A stretch of DNA of 64,000 nt from an uncultured Acidimicrobiia bacterium (GTDB taxonomy: Bacteria > Acidobacteriota > Terriglobia > Versatilivoradales > Versatilivoraceae). A program made the translations under genes and the position numbers. The notes beneath the pieces are model-generated. The model was not told where the DNA came from. It saw nothing but the letters and a program-made list of their open reading frames with translations, and made no database searches. Positions within the stretch are counted from its first letter, which is position 1, and every line of letters begins with the position of its first letter. The stretch covers positions 840,678 to 904,677 of the forward strand of contig CAWBAT010000004.1 of NCBI GenBank assembly GCA_963786955.1, in the 5' to 3' direction. Positions 49,390-59,735 of the stretch are shown here, one piece after another.

Positions 49390-50337
49390 CTAACAATTCA
49401 TCGAGTCGCTGGACTCAAAAAGGCTCATTTGGCAGGAATCTGAATCTTCCTCTCGGGTGTAATAGGCGAGACATTCCGATTCCCTTCCCCGAATCACCCG
49501 TTTTCCTACTAGACTTCCTTTGGTCTCCGTCACGATTGTCTGCTGCCCTTCCCGATGGTGGTCATCATAGAAGAAAACGACGATCCAATCCCGCGTTCGC
49601 CCCAACTCATGCGCTCGAGCCGTGTTTGAGTACAGGGCTGTAAAATGCCAGTTCCCGCGTTGAGTGTGGAGTATTGGCATCCAGGCTTTTCCCTCCGGAT
49701 TGAAGCGGCGCGGCGAAATTCGAGGAAGATGCCCTTTCTCGGCTTTCTCCCGATACTCGGCATCAACGTCCAGCAGCAGTTCCAAGGGGGGTGGCTGTAG
49801 AACTTTACTGGCACGGTTCTGAACCTGTCCTAGCATTTTGCCAAGCGTCGCTCGCAACACAGCTGCACGGCGTGGCCCTATGCCCGGAACTTTTTCCAGG
49901 CGACCATCATGAGCGGCTATTTCGAGAGCTTCCAGCGTATCAATGTTCAAAGCATCATGGATGCGTTCAGCCAGCTTGGGGCCAAGACCTGGGATGGTTT
50001 GATAGAGATGGACAGGGTCCAGCGTTCCACGTAGACGTTCGAGTTGGGCCCACCGCCCTTGGGTGAGAATTTCATGAATGACGGCTGCAATCCCCTGACC
50101 GATCGAGGGAATAGCTTTGAGGCCCTTGAGGCCTTGAGATTCAAAAATCTCTTTAATACTGCAATCCAGCTGGACAATGGTGTCGGCTGCGTGTCGATAG
50201 GCTCCGACGCGGAATGGATTTGCCCCTTGCTGCTGAAGAAGACTGGCAACCTCACGAAGTTTGTCGGCGACTTGTTGGTTAATGGAGAGATCCAAGGTTT
50301 CACTCCTTTGGAACCCCCGCTTAATCAGTGAACTCAA
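49390..50337 (-). CDS. Helix-hairpin-helix DNA-binding protein (PolX N-terminal-like)
   Basis: NQQVADKL, ANPFRVGAY, and IPSIG/IPGLG/VPGIG HhH motifs; no polymerase palm. Confidence 0.82.
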   Translation of the reverse strand: MSSLIKRGFQRSETLDLSINQQVADKLREVASLLQQQGANPFRVGAYRHAADTIVQLDCSIKEIFESQGLKGLKAIPSIGQGIAAVIHEILTQGRWAQLERLRGTLDPVHLYQTIPGLGPKLAERIHDALNIDTLEALEIAAHDGRLEKVPGIGPRRAAVLRATLGKMLGQVQNRASKVLQPPPLELLLDVDAEYREKAEKGHLPRISPRRFNPEGKAWMPILHTQRGNWHFTALYSNTARAHELGRTRDWIVVFFYDDHHREGQQTIVTETKGSLVGKRVIRGRESECLAYYTREEDSDSCQMSLFESSDSMNC

Positions 50338-50479
50338 AGAGCGAGAGTGTCATTCCTATTGGATGATGCTGACACTTAATTTGTTGTCTCGAGTCTCTCG
50401 CGGACCTGCCATGAAAATTCTCAACGCCGTCCGTATGCAAATGGCCGGCTCCTCCCGAAAGGGGTCACCCTTAATCCGT

Positions 50480-50899
50480 CTAAAAAGCCATGAACTCCGG
50501 TTCCAAGACGGCTCGAATCAGATCGCTGCGCGACAGGATACCCACGAGTTTCCCTTTCTCGGTGACGGGAACTCGCAGAATATGATGCTCCTGTAAGAGC
50601 TTCATCACCTCTTCCGTCGGGGTCTCTACATCAACCGTCGTCGGAGAAGTAGACATGATATCCGCCGCGGCAATGGTTTCGAGAGCCTTCCCTTCCACCA
50701 GCGCCCGCAAGATGTCGGCTTCCGTGACGATTCCGACAACGCTACCATCTCTCTCGGCCACGGGCATTCCACTAAAGCCGTTGGCAACGAGCTGGCTGGC
50801 AATGTCACGGACTGAGGCACGCGGAGTCGTCGCAAACACAGGCCTTTGCATGATTTGCCCAGCCGTGGCAATTACTTCCTTTTGGGATTTAGCTTTCAT
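50480..50899 (-). CDS. CBS-pair domain protein
   Basis: FSGMPV..VGIVTEADI and ILRVPV..LVGILSRSDL; AGGAGG RBS. Confidence 0.92.
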   Translation of the reverse strand: MKAKSQKEVIATAGQIMQRPVFATTPRASVRDIASQLVANGFSGMPVAERDGSVVGIVTEADILRALVEGKALETIAAADIMSTSPTTVDVETPTEEVMKLLQEHHILRVPVTEKGKLVGILSRSDLIRAVLEPEFMAF

Positions 50900-51027
50900 T
50901 AGCCCCTCCTTTGGCTGTCGGCCTTCGAATGCTATCTTCCCGTCTAGGAAGATCACAACCTACAGGCCAACGCAGCTTCACTTTCAGTACGGAGAATGGA
51001 GTACCAGCACCTTTAACATTCTGCGTA

Positions 51028-51043
51028 TGCAAAACGGATGCCA
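51028..51043 (-). promoter_or_regulatory. Sigma54 promoter for the CBS/HhH genes
   Basis: Minus strand reads TGGCATCCGTTTTGCA (GG-N10-GC). Confidence 0.75.
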
Positions 51044-51371
51044 GTGCGGAAATCTCACTCAAAAACAAAGGAGAATCGTAAATCAAAGAGACAGGGCAGT
51101 TAAACACGAAGAGGCGAATGCCCATTAGAGCCCGGTGGATGAGAAAAAATTATTGTAATGGGGGAAGTCACCCATTAGTGGTTTAGACTGCTTAGGCCGG
51201 GGAGGGTAATTCTTCCGAAGACTTTACGAAAGCTTTACATTTTTTACTGCACCAATTTTGACCTAAACAGCATCTACTAGAGCTAACGGTGGATGGTTTC
51301 GAGTGTTGTGACAAGCCACACACACTAAGGAATAGGATGGTCTGGCTATAAGTCAGAGTTGGGAGGCGGCA

Positions 51372-52100
51372 ATGAGGCTCAAAGAGTTACTGTTCATTTT
51401 TATTGCTTCGCTGTTACTTGGCAGCGCGGATGTTCATGCAATCGACACGAAACCCAACTTCTCGGGGACTTGGACACTTGACAGACAGAAAAGCGATCTA
51501 GGCGCCGGGAATGGGACAGGTCACAATCGGAGTGGCGGAGGGAAAATGGGTGGTTTGGGTATGGGCATGCCAGGATCGGGATACCCTGGCATGGGAGGGC
51601 CTCGCATGGGCGGAGGTATGGGAGGGCCTCGCACGGAGGGCGGAGCAGGCGGACCCCAAACCGGCGACCCGGGACTGGGAGGTACCAGCACAGGACAGAA
51701 TCGATATCCTTCCCCAGAAACAGGTGAAGCGGAGCGGCCCCGCAGAGCTCAGATTCCGTCGACGGTAGTCATCGAACATGCGGAACCGCAACTCATCGTA
51801 AAACAAAAGATCAATCCCCAAGGAGAAGAACAATTCCGCGAGTTGAAATACACAACAGACGGGAAAACAAACCAGAATGAAGGATTCCGAGGCTATATCG
51901 TGGAGTCGCAGACCTCTTGGAAAGACGACCATCTTGTAACGAAATCAACTATCGACACAGACAATGGGATGATCAAGATTACCGAAGTGCGCAGCCTCTC
52001 AGCAGACGGGAAAACGATGACTGTTGAAATCAAATCCAGCGGCGGGCCGATGGACCGGCAACAAAAGCTGGTTTACGACAAAGATAAGCCTGCACTATGA
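51372..52100 (+). CDS. Hypothetical secreted protein with Gly/Met/Pro-rich insert
   Basis: Signal peptide, PNFSGTWTLD beta-barrel start, low-complexity GGMG segment; GGAGG RBS. Confidence 0.8.
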   Translation: MRLKELLFIFIASLLLGSADVHAIDTKPNFSGTWTLDRQKSDLGAGNGTGHNRSGGGKMGGLGMGMPGSGYPGMGGPRMGGGMGGPRTEGGAGGPQTGDPGLGGTSTGQNRYPSPETGEAERPRRAQIPSTVVIEHAEPQLIVKQKINPQGEEQFRELKYTTDGKTNQNEGFRGYIVESQTSWKDDHLVTKSTIDTDNGMIKITEVRSLSADGKTMTVEIKSSGGPMDRQQKLVYDKDKPAL

Positions 52101-52375
52101 TTGACTTTAGGATGGGATGGAGATTTTCTCCTCTGATAAACCCCAGAATGTGAATTGAGGAAAGGAATTTAAAACACTGAACTCCCTTTTTCTTGCAAGG
52201 GATATCAGTTCACGAATCTTGCCCAACCGCGTAGGCTTAGAAGGTCTGCATTCCCCTCCAAGGGTGTATCGATGGTGGGTGAAGATGCCGATCAAGAAGA
52301 CGGTACCAATCAAGGCGGTACGGAATGATGCCGCTTGTCAGACAAACACTAATAAGGTTGTAAAGACACCCAGGA

Positions 52376-55300
52376 ATGAAAAATTTTCGTTATTTCTCCG
52401 CTTTGCTTGTCTTGATTGCTTGTTTCTCCACGGAGGGGTTTTCCCGTTCAACCTCCCCTCGCCCATCCCGATTATCCAACCACCCCTTTTGCGGAGCATA
52501 TCCGGGACGTATTTTCGACGAGCTTCGCAAAGCCAAAGCCGTGCGCCAAGTCCTCGAATTAAGAAGATCTCCCCTGGCCTTAAGAACGAACAGCTTGGCC
52601 ACGGGAGATGTTGGCAATATTGCTATCATCGAGGATGATGGCACCATTGTTTCTCAAGCGAATCCGTTTGACCTCGCGGACACGAACCTGAAAATGACTC
52701 CGAATGGACCAGGGGCTTACGCGTTGAGCTTCCAAGTCGGCAGCGTCAACCAGAAATTCGGCACGAAGCTCGCTTTAACAGACGATGACTTTCGGGAAAT
52801 TGCTTTCCCGACCGGATTCCAATTTCCGTTCATGGGCACCAAATACGGTAGTGTCTTCATCAATTCAGACGGCAACATCACGTTCACCCAAGGAGACTCC
52901 GCCCATACCGATCGAGATCTAAGCCGCTTTAACGGCGGGGTGCCTCGAATTGCGGCGCTTTTTGACGATCTGGATCCCACCTTGGGAGATGGGAGCGTAT
53001 ATTACAACATATTGCCAGATCGGTTCTTAATTACGTGGAACCTGATTCGGGAATTTGAAGGCATCTTGCCAAACACAGTTCAGTTGGCCTTATTTCCGGA
53101 CGGATCGTTTGAGATTACTTTTGGCTCAGTGGGGGCGACTTCTTTGATCGTCGGTTGGACGGCAGGCCAGAATCTTCAGACCATCAATTTAACTGATTTG
53201 AGCAAATCGAGTGGAGCGCTCCCTTCAGGCCCCGTTGCGGAGAATTTTTCCGACCAAACGAAGATAGACTATGCAGCGCTGGCCAAAAGGTTTTATCAAA
53301 CTCACCCGGATGACTATGATCAGCTCGCTTTTTACACCAATTTCCCTTACGACATTGGGGCTGATACCTTTGCCTTCGAAGCCACCATTAAGAATGATAT
53401 CAACGGAATCAATGTGGACATTTTTGATTACAGTCAAGAATTTGGAAGTGGCGGTAGGCTCCAAAGCTTTCTTTCATTGAATCAATTGGCTGCCTTCCCC
53501 GACAATCCAGATGAGATTGCCGTTCGCACTTATTCTCCCGTGGCGGTCTTAGCCCACGAGACGGCTCACCGGTGGTTAGCCTATCCTCTTTTCAAGCTGG
53601 GCACGACGAATAGTGGGGACTTATTGGGTTATCAACAGGCCCACTGGAGCTATTTCTTTAACGCCGATGCTTCACTCATGGAAGGTCATGTCATTCGTGA
53701 TAATGGGAATGGTTCTTTCACGATTACAGAAGCGACAAACCGTTTTGGCAAACTGGACCAATATCTTATGGGGTTGCGTGGCGCAGCCGATGTCGGGCCT
53801 CTCTTCTATGTAAAACCAAGTGCAGGAAGCGGCCATGATGCTACCGATGTCACACACCTCTCAGATATAGGATTGACCTTTAATGGAACTCGAACAGATC
53901 TGACTGTAAACGATATTATTGCTGCAGAAGGGCCGAGAAGCCCTGATGTCGTTTCGGCTCCAAAGGGAATTCATCAGGCTTCAATTTTGCTGGTACGCTC
54001 AGGCACCTCTCCCACGGCAGCCGAGCTCGAAAAGCTGTCTCGAATGCAGCAACACTTACAAGAGTTCTTCTCCCAAGCGACTGAAGGTTTAGGAACCGTA
54101 GACACGAGACTTAACTCGACTCCCATTGTGCCCATCATCAGCGCAGTATCCCCAGCTTCAGGATCCACACTGGGTAACACGACCGTTTACATTTCAGGCA
54201 GTAACTTGCAGGCTGGAGCTACCGTCACCTTTGGTAGTATTTCGGCGGCTGACATTCAGATCGTGAGTCCCTCTCTCATCATCGCCACAACTGGACCCGG
54301 CCCTGCAGGAGCAGTCAATCTCACGGTGACGAATCCGGGTGCTCAGTCCGCCACCTTGACCCATGCATACACGTATCGGGCTCTTGCTCCTGTCACAATT
54401 CCTGCTACGGCTCTGAGAATCCCCTACGCGGTGGATAATCTCTATTTCCGGTCCAATCTGGGTATCAACAATCCCAATCCTCTAGAAGCGAATGTCCGGA
54501 TTTCCGAGTTGGATAACAATGGACTGCTGGTCAATCAGCCGGTCTCAGCGACAGTTTCAGCCAACGGCTTTCTCCAGATCAACAGCCTGCTTGCCTATCT
54601 GGAGGGAAGCGCCGCACCGACCGGGCGAGAGGGTTCCCTGGTCTTGGAATCAGATCAACCCATCCATGGGTTTGTTTCGCAAATTGACAATCAGACGGGG
54701 GACCCGAGTATCTTGGATGGCACACAAACGGGGGGGATGCGGCTGATTTTACAGTCAGCAGCCAACACAGGACCCTTCCGATCTACTTTGGTGATTCTCA
54801 ACCTGTCTCCGGGTCAGGCCTTGGTAGATGTCACGGCACTCAGCCGAAGCACAGGGCAGCCGATTGGGAACTCATTGAGGAATGTTTCGATTGCCGGGCA
54901 TGGATTTATTTCATTTAACAATATTTTGCAGGCCTTGTCGGTCCCGGGTGAATATGGTCCCGTAGAAATCCATTCAACCAATGGGACTCTGCTCGCGGCA
55001 GTTTCTCGTGTCTCGGGCTTAAGCGCAAGTACCAGTGGTTTCTTTACGGCCCAGGATAGTAACTCGGGCTCTCAATCCGAGATCATTCCATTTGTAATTG
55101 ACACCGACACGTTCCGAACAAATCTCGGATTGAATAATTTGAGTGGTACTGTGGCGAATGTCCAGATCGCGCTGTTTGATCAGGATGGGAACACCCGGGC
55201 ATCTACCGCATCGCCGATTCAGGTGGCTCCTCAGGGGATGGTTCAGATCAATGGCATCCTGCGGTTTCTAATCAATGGCTCGAGTAACTCAGGCCTCACC

Positions 55301-55744
55301 AATCAGCAGGGGTACCTCCGAATTACGTCAGACCAGCCTATTAAAGCGTTTGCCACACAGATTCACAACGTCTCCCAAGATCCCAGCATTGAAAATAGCG
55401 TGAGCGCTGGAAGCAGCCATCTGCTATTGAAGTCGAGTGCCAATCTGACTTTCCAATCTACCTTGGTGATTGTGAATCCGAATAATTCCCCTGTAACGGC
55501 CACAATCCGTTCGCGGCAGGGCGAGACAAATGGGAATGGCAATATCACAGCAACCCAGTCCATCGACATTGCAGCCAAGGGGTATTTTGAGAGCGAGAAC
55601 ATTCTTCAATCCCTTGGGGCAACGAGTAACTTTGGACCCATCGAAATTCTCTCCGCCCCTGGTTCTCCGTTGATTGCCGTCTCCCGGGTATACAGTGTGA
55701 CCGGCGATACGAGTGGTTTTTTCAATGCAGAGCCACTGCCTTGA
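52376..55744 (+). CDS. Large secreted putative Zn metallopeptidase with IPT/TIG domain and four C-terminal beta-sandwich repeats
   Basis: Signal peptide; HETAHRW (HExxH); PIISAVSPASG IPT domain; repeats FRSNLGINN, FRSTLVILN, FRTNLGLNN, FQSTLVIVN. Confidence 0.8.
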   Translation: MKNFRYFSALLVLIACFSTEGFSRSTSPRPSRLSNHPFCGAYPGRIFDELRKAKAVRQVLELRRSPLALRTNSLATGDVGNIAIIEDDGTIVSQANPFDLADTNLKMTPNGPGAYALSFQVGSVNQKFGTKLALTDDDFREIAFPTGFQFPFMGTKYGSVFINSDGNITFTQGDSAHTDRDLSRFNGGVPRIAALFDDLDPTLGDGSVYYNILPDRFLITWNLIREFEGILPNTVQLALFPDGSFEITFGSVGATSLIVGWTAGQNLQTINLTDLSKSSGALPSGPVAENFSDQTKIDYAALAKRFYQTHPDDYDQLAFYTNFPYDIGADTFAFEATIKNDINGINVDIFDYSQEFGSGGRLQSFLSLNQLAAFPDNPDEIAVRTYSPVAVLAHETAHRWLAYPLFKLGTTNSGDLLGYQQAHWSYFFNADASLMEGHVIRDNGNGSFTITEATNRFGKLDQYLMGLRGAADVGPLFYVKPSAGSGHDATDVTHLSDIGLTFNGTRTDLTVNDIIAAEGPRSPDVVSAPKGIHQASILLVRSGTSPTAAELEKLSRMQQHLQEFFSQATEGLGTVDTRLNSTPIVPIISAVSPASGSTLGNTTVYISGSNLQAGATVTFGSISAADIQIVSPSLIIATTGPGPAGAVNLTVTNPGAQSATLTHAYTYRALAPVTIPATALRIPYAVDNLYFRSNLGINNPNPLEANVRISELDNNGLLVNQPVSATVSANGFLQINSLLAYLEGSAAPTGREGSLVLESDQPIHGFVSQIDNQTGDPSILDGTQTGGMRLILQSAANTGPFRSTLVILNLSPGQALVDVTALSRSTGQPIGNSLRNVSIAGHGFISFNNILQALSVPGEYGPVEIHSTNGTLLAAVSRVSGLSASTSGFFTAQDSNSGSQSEIIPFVIDTDTFRTNLGLNNLSGTVANVQIALFDQDGNTRASTASPIQVAPQGMVQINGILRFLINGSSNSGLTNQQGYLRITSDQPIKAFATQIHNVSQDPSIENSVSAGSSHLLLKSSANLTFQSTLVIVNPNNSPVTATIRSRQGETNGNGNITATQSIDIAAKGYFESENILQSLGATSNFGPIEILSAPGSPLIAVSRVYSVTGDTSGFFNAEPLP

Positions 55745-55857
55745 CCCCAAGTTGCTCTGCGTATTGACCTCCCGCAAGGCTTTCCCACCGTTTTTTGATC
55801 CTTTTGATATCGATGTCCCCGGCCGCTCAGAGTCCCAGAATGCGCCTGAATTGCTGG

Positions 55858-56439
55858 TCATTGTTTCCTTCGAGCGTACTTCGTCTCAACGCCTTTCGCT
55901 TCCTGACCGTCGGGCGTGATGTTGTAGGCCGTGATCGTGAGATGATCATCGTCGATGAGTTCATAGACAGTTTTCCAACCCCATTGTGGAGCATTCGGAG
56001 CGACGTCGTATTTCCCTTTCACCACGAATCCTCGCTCAGTCGCTTCACCTTCAGAGAACATGATGGCGTAGTTCATGTGGAAGTCGTCAAACCACGAGAT
56101 TTGGAACCGCTTCGTCACTGAATTCAATGCGATCACCTCCTCCCCATGTCGTGGTTTCCCCTGAATCGTGCCCTCATACGTGTGGCGAAGGAACCGGCCG
56201 TCGAGTATCGGGCGAATCTCACCTTTGACTCTTGACTCGTCGGCGAGTTTGCCGGGCTCAAACCAGGTTTGGCACGTGCCCTCCCATGAACCCACAAGCG
56301 ACTTCAGTAGCTCTTTTGGCATGACTTGCTTCCTTTGACTGGATGCGTTTGTGTCCTTGGGGGTGTCCTGCGAAGTAGCCGTCGTTGACGACGCAATGAC
56401 CAAGCACGTCGCGAAGGCAGCTATCTTAATCGATTTCAC
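55858..56439 (-). CDS. DUF1579 family secreted protein (cassette)
   Basis: GTG start with a GAGGAGG RBS; LVGSWEG..TWFEPG, ILDGRFL, SWFDDFHM. Confidence 0.8.
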   Translation of the reverse strand: MKSIKIAAFATCLVIASSTTATSQDTPKDTNASSQRKQVMPKELLKSLVGSWEGTCQTWFEPGKLADESRVKGEIRPILDGRFLRHTYEGTIQGKPRHGEEVIALNSVTKRFQISWFDDFHMNYAIMFSEGEATERGFVVKGKYDVAPNAPQWGWKTVYELIDDDHLTITAYNITPDGQEAKGVETKYARRKQ

Positions 56440-56508
56440 GGTTCCCTCCTCTGGTGCTTTCAGCAGGCGCTGCGCGCATGCACGCCGAAGTTCCAAGCGT
56501 CTCATGCT

Positions 56509-56586
56509 GGCTAACGTGTGAGTTCACCCGCTCGCGGAAGCGGGCGAAGCCCGCTGTAGCGAGTCGGGTGCAACGAAGGGTTGGGT
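56509..56586 (-). other. attC site
   Basis: Minus strand ACCCAAC CCTTCGTTGCACCCGAC...GCGGGTGAACTCACAC GTTAGCC. Confidence 0.9.
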
Positions 56587-56602
56587 GTCACCCTGGACCA
56601 CG

Positions 56603-56899
56603 TCACGCCCGGGTGTTCTCCACGAGTGTGGCAATCTGCACAAACTCGACGCGAGGGCGCACACCGTAGAGACCGGTCACCTGCTCGAGTAACTGATCCG
56701 TGAAGAACGCTTTGGCCGCATCCTCTGAATCCCAAACGTAGAAGTTCGTGGCCTCACGCTTTCCGGAATTGAGCGTGAAGGCCTTTGAGCGTAGCCCCGG
56801 CATTCCTTCAAACTTTCCACGGGCGGTCTCAGCGATCTTTCGCACGGCTTGCTCGTTGAAATTGTCTCCGTATTGGAACGTCACGAATACACCGATCAT
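56603..56899 (-). CDS. YdhR-like putative monooxygenase (cassette)
   Basis: GMPGLRSKAF..NFYVWDSEDAA dimeric alpha-beta barrel pattern. Confidence 0.75.
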   Translation of the reverse strand: MIGVFVTFQYGDNFNEQAVRKIAETARGKFEGMPGLRSKAFTLNSGKREATNFYVWDSEDAAKAFFTDQLLEQVTGLYGVRPRVEFVQIATLVENTRA

Positions 56900-56950
56900 G
56901 TCGCACTCCTTTCCATGCAGTTTTCAAGGTCACCGCGTCATTGCCGTGAT

Positions 56951-57042
56951 GCCCAACGCTGGAGTTGACCGGGCCGCCGCAGAGCACTGGCCGAAGCATA
57001 CGAAACGCGCTTCGGCGGCTCCGGTCGAACGACTGGTTAGGC
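56951..57042 (-). other. attC site
   Basis: GCCCAAC...GTTGACCGGGCCGCCG / CGGCGGCTCCGGTCGAAC...GTTAGGC. Confidence 0.9.
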
Positions 57043-57064
57043 GGCGACCTGCTGTAGCATCTAC

Positions 57065-57541
57065 CTATTCCCAATCCTTCTTTAGCAGCAATTCTTCAAT
57101 CCTGTAGGCATGCAACATCTCGTGCGTCAGCAAATGTCGGAACATAATAAATACCGAGTAATGACTGTACTCTTCATGCTCTGCCGTTCGCTGCCAGTCC
57201 TCCAACGAGAGATCCTTCAACCTCTTGACCAGACTGGTCCGCTCTCGCACATACTGATCGAGCGCTTCGTCTAAATCAACGCTCAGTAGCGCTCCCGCTT
57301 CCTCCTCTGGGGAAGGCAGCATCGACGTTATATAAGGCGCTGGATCAGATAACATCAAGTCGAGGCGTGCGAGGAATGGTCCATCAGCGGTGGAGAGATG
57401 ACAAGCGTGTTCATGAGCGGACCATTTCGTCGGGCTGGGCCGACGCTTTACGTACTGGGGCGGCACCTCACGAATGAGGGGAATGATAATGCTAGGGGAA
57501 TTTTCTAAGGCGGCTATTAAGGTTGTTGTATCGCTCATCAA
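57065..57541 (-). CDS. DinB family protein (cassette)
   Basis: KWSAHEHACHL and HEMLH His triad. Confidence 0.85.
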   Translation of the reverse strand: MMSDTTTLIAALENSPSIIIPLIREVPPQYVKRRPSPTKWSAHEHACHLSTADGPFLARLDLMLSDPAPYITSMLPSPEEEAGALLSVDLDEALDQYVRERTSLVKRLKDLSLEDWQRTAEHEEYSHYSVFIMFRHLLTHEMLHAYRIEELLLKKDWE

Positions 57542-57572
57542 CTTCTCCTACGTTCATCTAAGCTTGTAAGCA

Positions 57573-57660
57573 GCCTAACACCACGCGTCAGGCGCTGGAA
57601 ATAGCCGGAGCGGCGCAGGAGCAGAGGCTAGTTCCAGTCGCCTGCACGCGATTGTTATGC
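57573..57660 (-). other. attC site
   Basis: GCCTAAC..CGCGTCAGGCGCTGGAA / TTCCAGTCGCCTGCACGCG..GTTATGC; contains the TAA stop of the upstream gene. Confidence 0.9.
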
Positions 57661-58425
57661 AATCTTCCGCTTTTTTTGCAACTTGAATGCCACCGAAGCG
57701 GGACATGTCTGGCAATCTTTGAGTTGTCGTTCAGTCTTGGCAAGATGGTAGCGCTCTGCCGTAATCCTGGGCTCCTCAAAATCCACCACGACAAACCCTG
57801 CCGCCACGAATGCCTTCCAATAGTCTGACAGCGGGCGATGGAACCAGATGAACTCCGTGGTGAAATGCGCCCAGGGGGGATCAAGGCATTTCTTGGGCTC
57901 GAAGTACGAGAAATCCCAGCGATAGGTGATCTCGTCGCCATCGTGAGACACGGTAGCACGTCCTTGCGGAAAGCACGGATGGGAGAACACGAGCACTGCC
58001 ACTCCGTCGGGTTTCAGAATGCGGTGGAAAGCGGTCATAGTGCCCCGAAGGTCAGGGGTATCCATGAGCACATAGTTCGCGATCACTAGGTCAAAGTGCT
58101 CGTCATTGAGGGTGCGCAGTTCGGTGCAGGAATCCACGCGGAAGTCCAATTCGGGATGCTGTGCACGGGCGATGGCGATCATTCTCTCGGAGAAGTCAAT
58201 GCCAGTAACACGAGCGCCGTGGTCCCAGAGCTTTCTTGACAAATATCCGGTACCGCATCCCGCGTCGAGCACCGTGCGCCCACTGACGTCGCCGGCGAAT
58301 TTCCACAGGACGGGGTCGGAATTCAGGATGCGGTTGCAGTCGCCGTCAACCCCGACCTGAATTCGCCAGTCGTTCGCAACGCGGTTCCAGAAATCGCGGG
58401 TTTCTTCGAACTCGCCGTCGTTCAT
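57655..58425 (-). CDS. Class I SAM-dependent methyltransferase (cassette)
   Basis: VLDAGCGTG, GIDFS, FDLV, ILKPDG. Confidence 0.9.
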   Translation of the reverse strand: MNDGEFEETRDFWNRVANDWRIQVGVDGDCNRILNSDPVLWKFAGDVSGRTVLDAGCGTGYLSRKLWDHGARVTGIDFSERMIAIARAQHPELDFRVDSCTELRTLNDEHFDLVIANYVLMDTPDLRGTMTAFHRILKPDGVAVLVFSHPCFPQGRATVSHDGDEITYRWDFSYFEPKKCLDPPWAHFTTEFIWFHRPLSDYWKAFVAAGFVVVDFEEPRITAERYHLAKTERQLKDCQTCPASVAFKLQKKRKIA

Positions 58426-58438
58426 TGATCTTTCTCCT

Positions 58439-58500
58439 GCTTAACGATTTCCGGTTCAGCCTCCGCGTCTTTCAGCGGTCGGCTGGAGGGGAGGGTTGGG
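58439..58500 (-). other. attC site (short)
   Basis: GCTTAAC..TTCAGCC..CCGC / GCGGTCGGCTGGA..GTTGGGC. Confidence 0.8.
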
Positions 58501-58520
58501 CAGCCGCAGACCGCTCGGGA

Positions 58521-59501
58521 CTACCGCACTTGCGTCATCGTGCCGGTCACTTTCAGCTCGCCCCCGTTGAAGTTCTGTCCACAGCTGAAACGGCCTTCGA
58601 CGACTCCGCCCTTGCTGGGGTACAACTGCACAAACCCGCATCCGAAATCATCTTGCTTCTTGTTCAAGCTCGCCGGATCAGTCTGGAAAGCCTTGGTCAT
58701 GTCTTCAAGCATCTTCCGCTGGACCTCTCCCATGCGTGCCATCAAGGCGTTGCGTTCAGCTTCGGTGGTCTTTGGATCACCCATCTTCTTGCTGATGGCT
58801 TCTATTTCCGCCTGTGGCGACGACGTCGACTGGCCTAACGAGATTTCGAGCCTGGCGTAGGGCGTGTGGCTCTCGAGCGGCGCGTCGCCAACGTAGAATG
58901 TCTGGTCGCCGGTCACCGTTTCGAACGGCTTTGCCTCGCCTGGCTTGTAGAACTCCGCCTGGTACTTCACTTTGGCAAACTTGTTGTCGCGAATCGTGAA
59001 GGTCTTCTCAACTGGTGCGATCTTGACCGTGTAGCCGTTCGGGCTCTTGAGATCGAAGCGATACAGGGTGTCGACGAGCGCCACCGCCGTTGAGCCCTCG
59101 ATGCCGCCGATCAGCGTAAACGCCCAAAGCCGGACGAATCCGGGAGCCTCATCCGGCGGGATCGTCAGGCGGGCAGAATAGGTGGTTGCGGAAAGTGCCG
59201 CGTCGGAGAGCGTGACCCCGTCCCGTTCGGACAGGATCGTCGTTCCTGACGGGAAATCGCCCCGCACGGTCACAGCGAGGCTGCTGCCGGGGAGCAGCTT
59301 CTGAATCCTGATGCCTGGGCTCGCGAACGGATTGAGGTCCCTGTTATGGAAAATCTGGCGCTCCGTGAGGCCTTTGAGGTCGAACGCCGCCTCGAGCCGC
59401 TGGCGCTCCGCGCGGAATTTCTTCGTGACTTGCGCCGACACGACGCCGGTGCCTGCCATTCCCGCAAACAGAAAGATGAGGATGAACGCAACCTGACGCA
59501 T
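58521..59501 (-). CDS. Hypothetical secreted protein (cassette)
   Basis: Signal peptide ...VVSA; GAGG RBS; GC-rich codon usage. Confidence 0.75.
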   Translation of the reverse strand: MRQVAFILIFLFAGMAGTGVVSAQVTKKFRAERQRLEAAFDLKGLTERQIFHNRDLNPFASPGIRIQKLLPGSSLAVTVRGDFPSGTTILSERDGVTLSDAALSATTYSARLTIPPDEAPGFVRLWAFTLIGGIEGSTAVALVDTLYRFDLKSPNGYTVKIAPVEKTFTIRDNKFAKVKYQAEFYKPGEAKPFETVTGDQTFYVGDAPLESHTPYARLEISLGQSTSSPQAEIEAISKKMGDPKTTEAERNALMARMGEVQRKMLEDMTKAFQTDPASLNKKQDDFGCGFVQLYPSKGGVVEGRFSCGQNFNGGELKVTGTMTQVR

Positions 59502-59570
59502 GAATTCCTCTCCTTTTCCTGGAATCGAAGGGAGACCGCGAACGGATAGGAAATATTAGGGGCGTTTCGC

Positions 59571-59712
59571 AGTTAACAGAACGTCCTTGACCAGCCCTGC
59601 GGGTTTGGCCTTAAGTTCATCTTCCAACATCGGGCGCGTCTGCTGAAGATTGCCGAAGCTATTGTTTCTAGTCAATGATCATCGCTTGGTTCGTCTGCAA
59701 CGGATGTTAGAT
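59571..59712 (-). other. Degenerate attC site
   Basis: AGTTAAC and GTTAGAT ends are present, but internal arm pairing is poor. Confidence 0.5.
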
Positions 59713-59735
59713 TCAGGTTGATTTACAACAAGTCA

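Noticed and set aside
51221-51247. TTTAC direct repeats (CpxR/OmpR-like box) upstream of the secreted protein at 51372
   Set aside because: The spacing is irregular (11 then 9 bp) in a T-rich tract, which is too weak to call.
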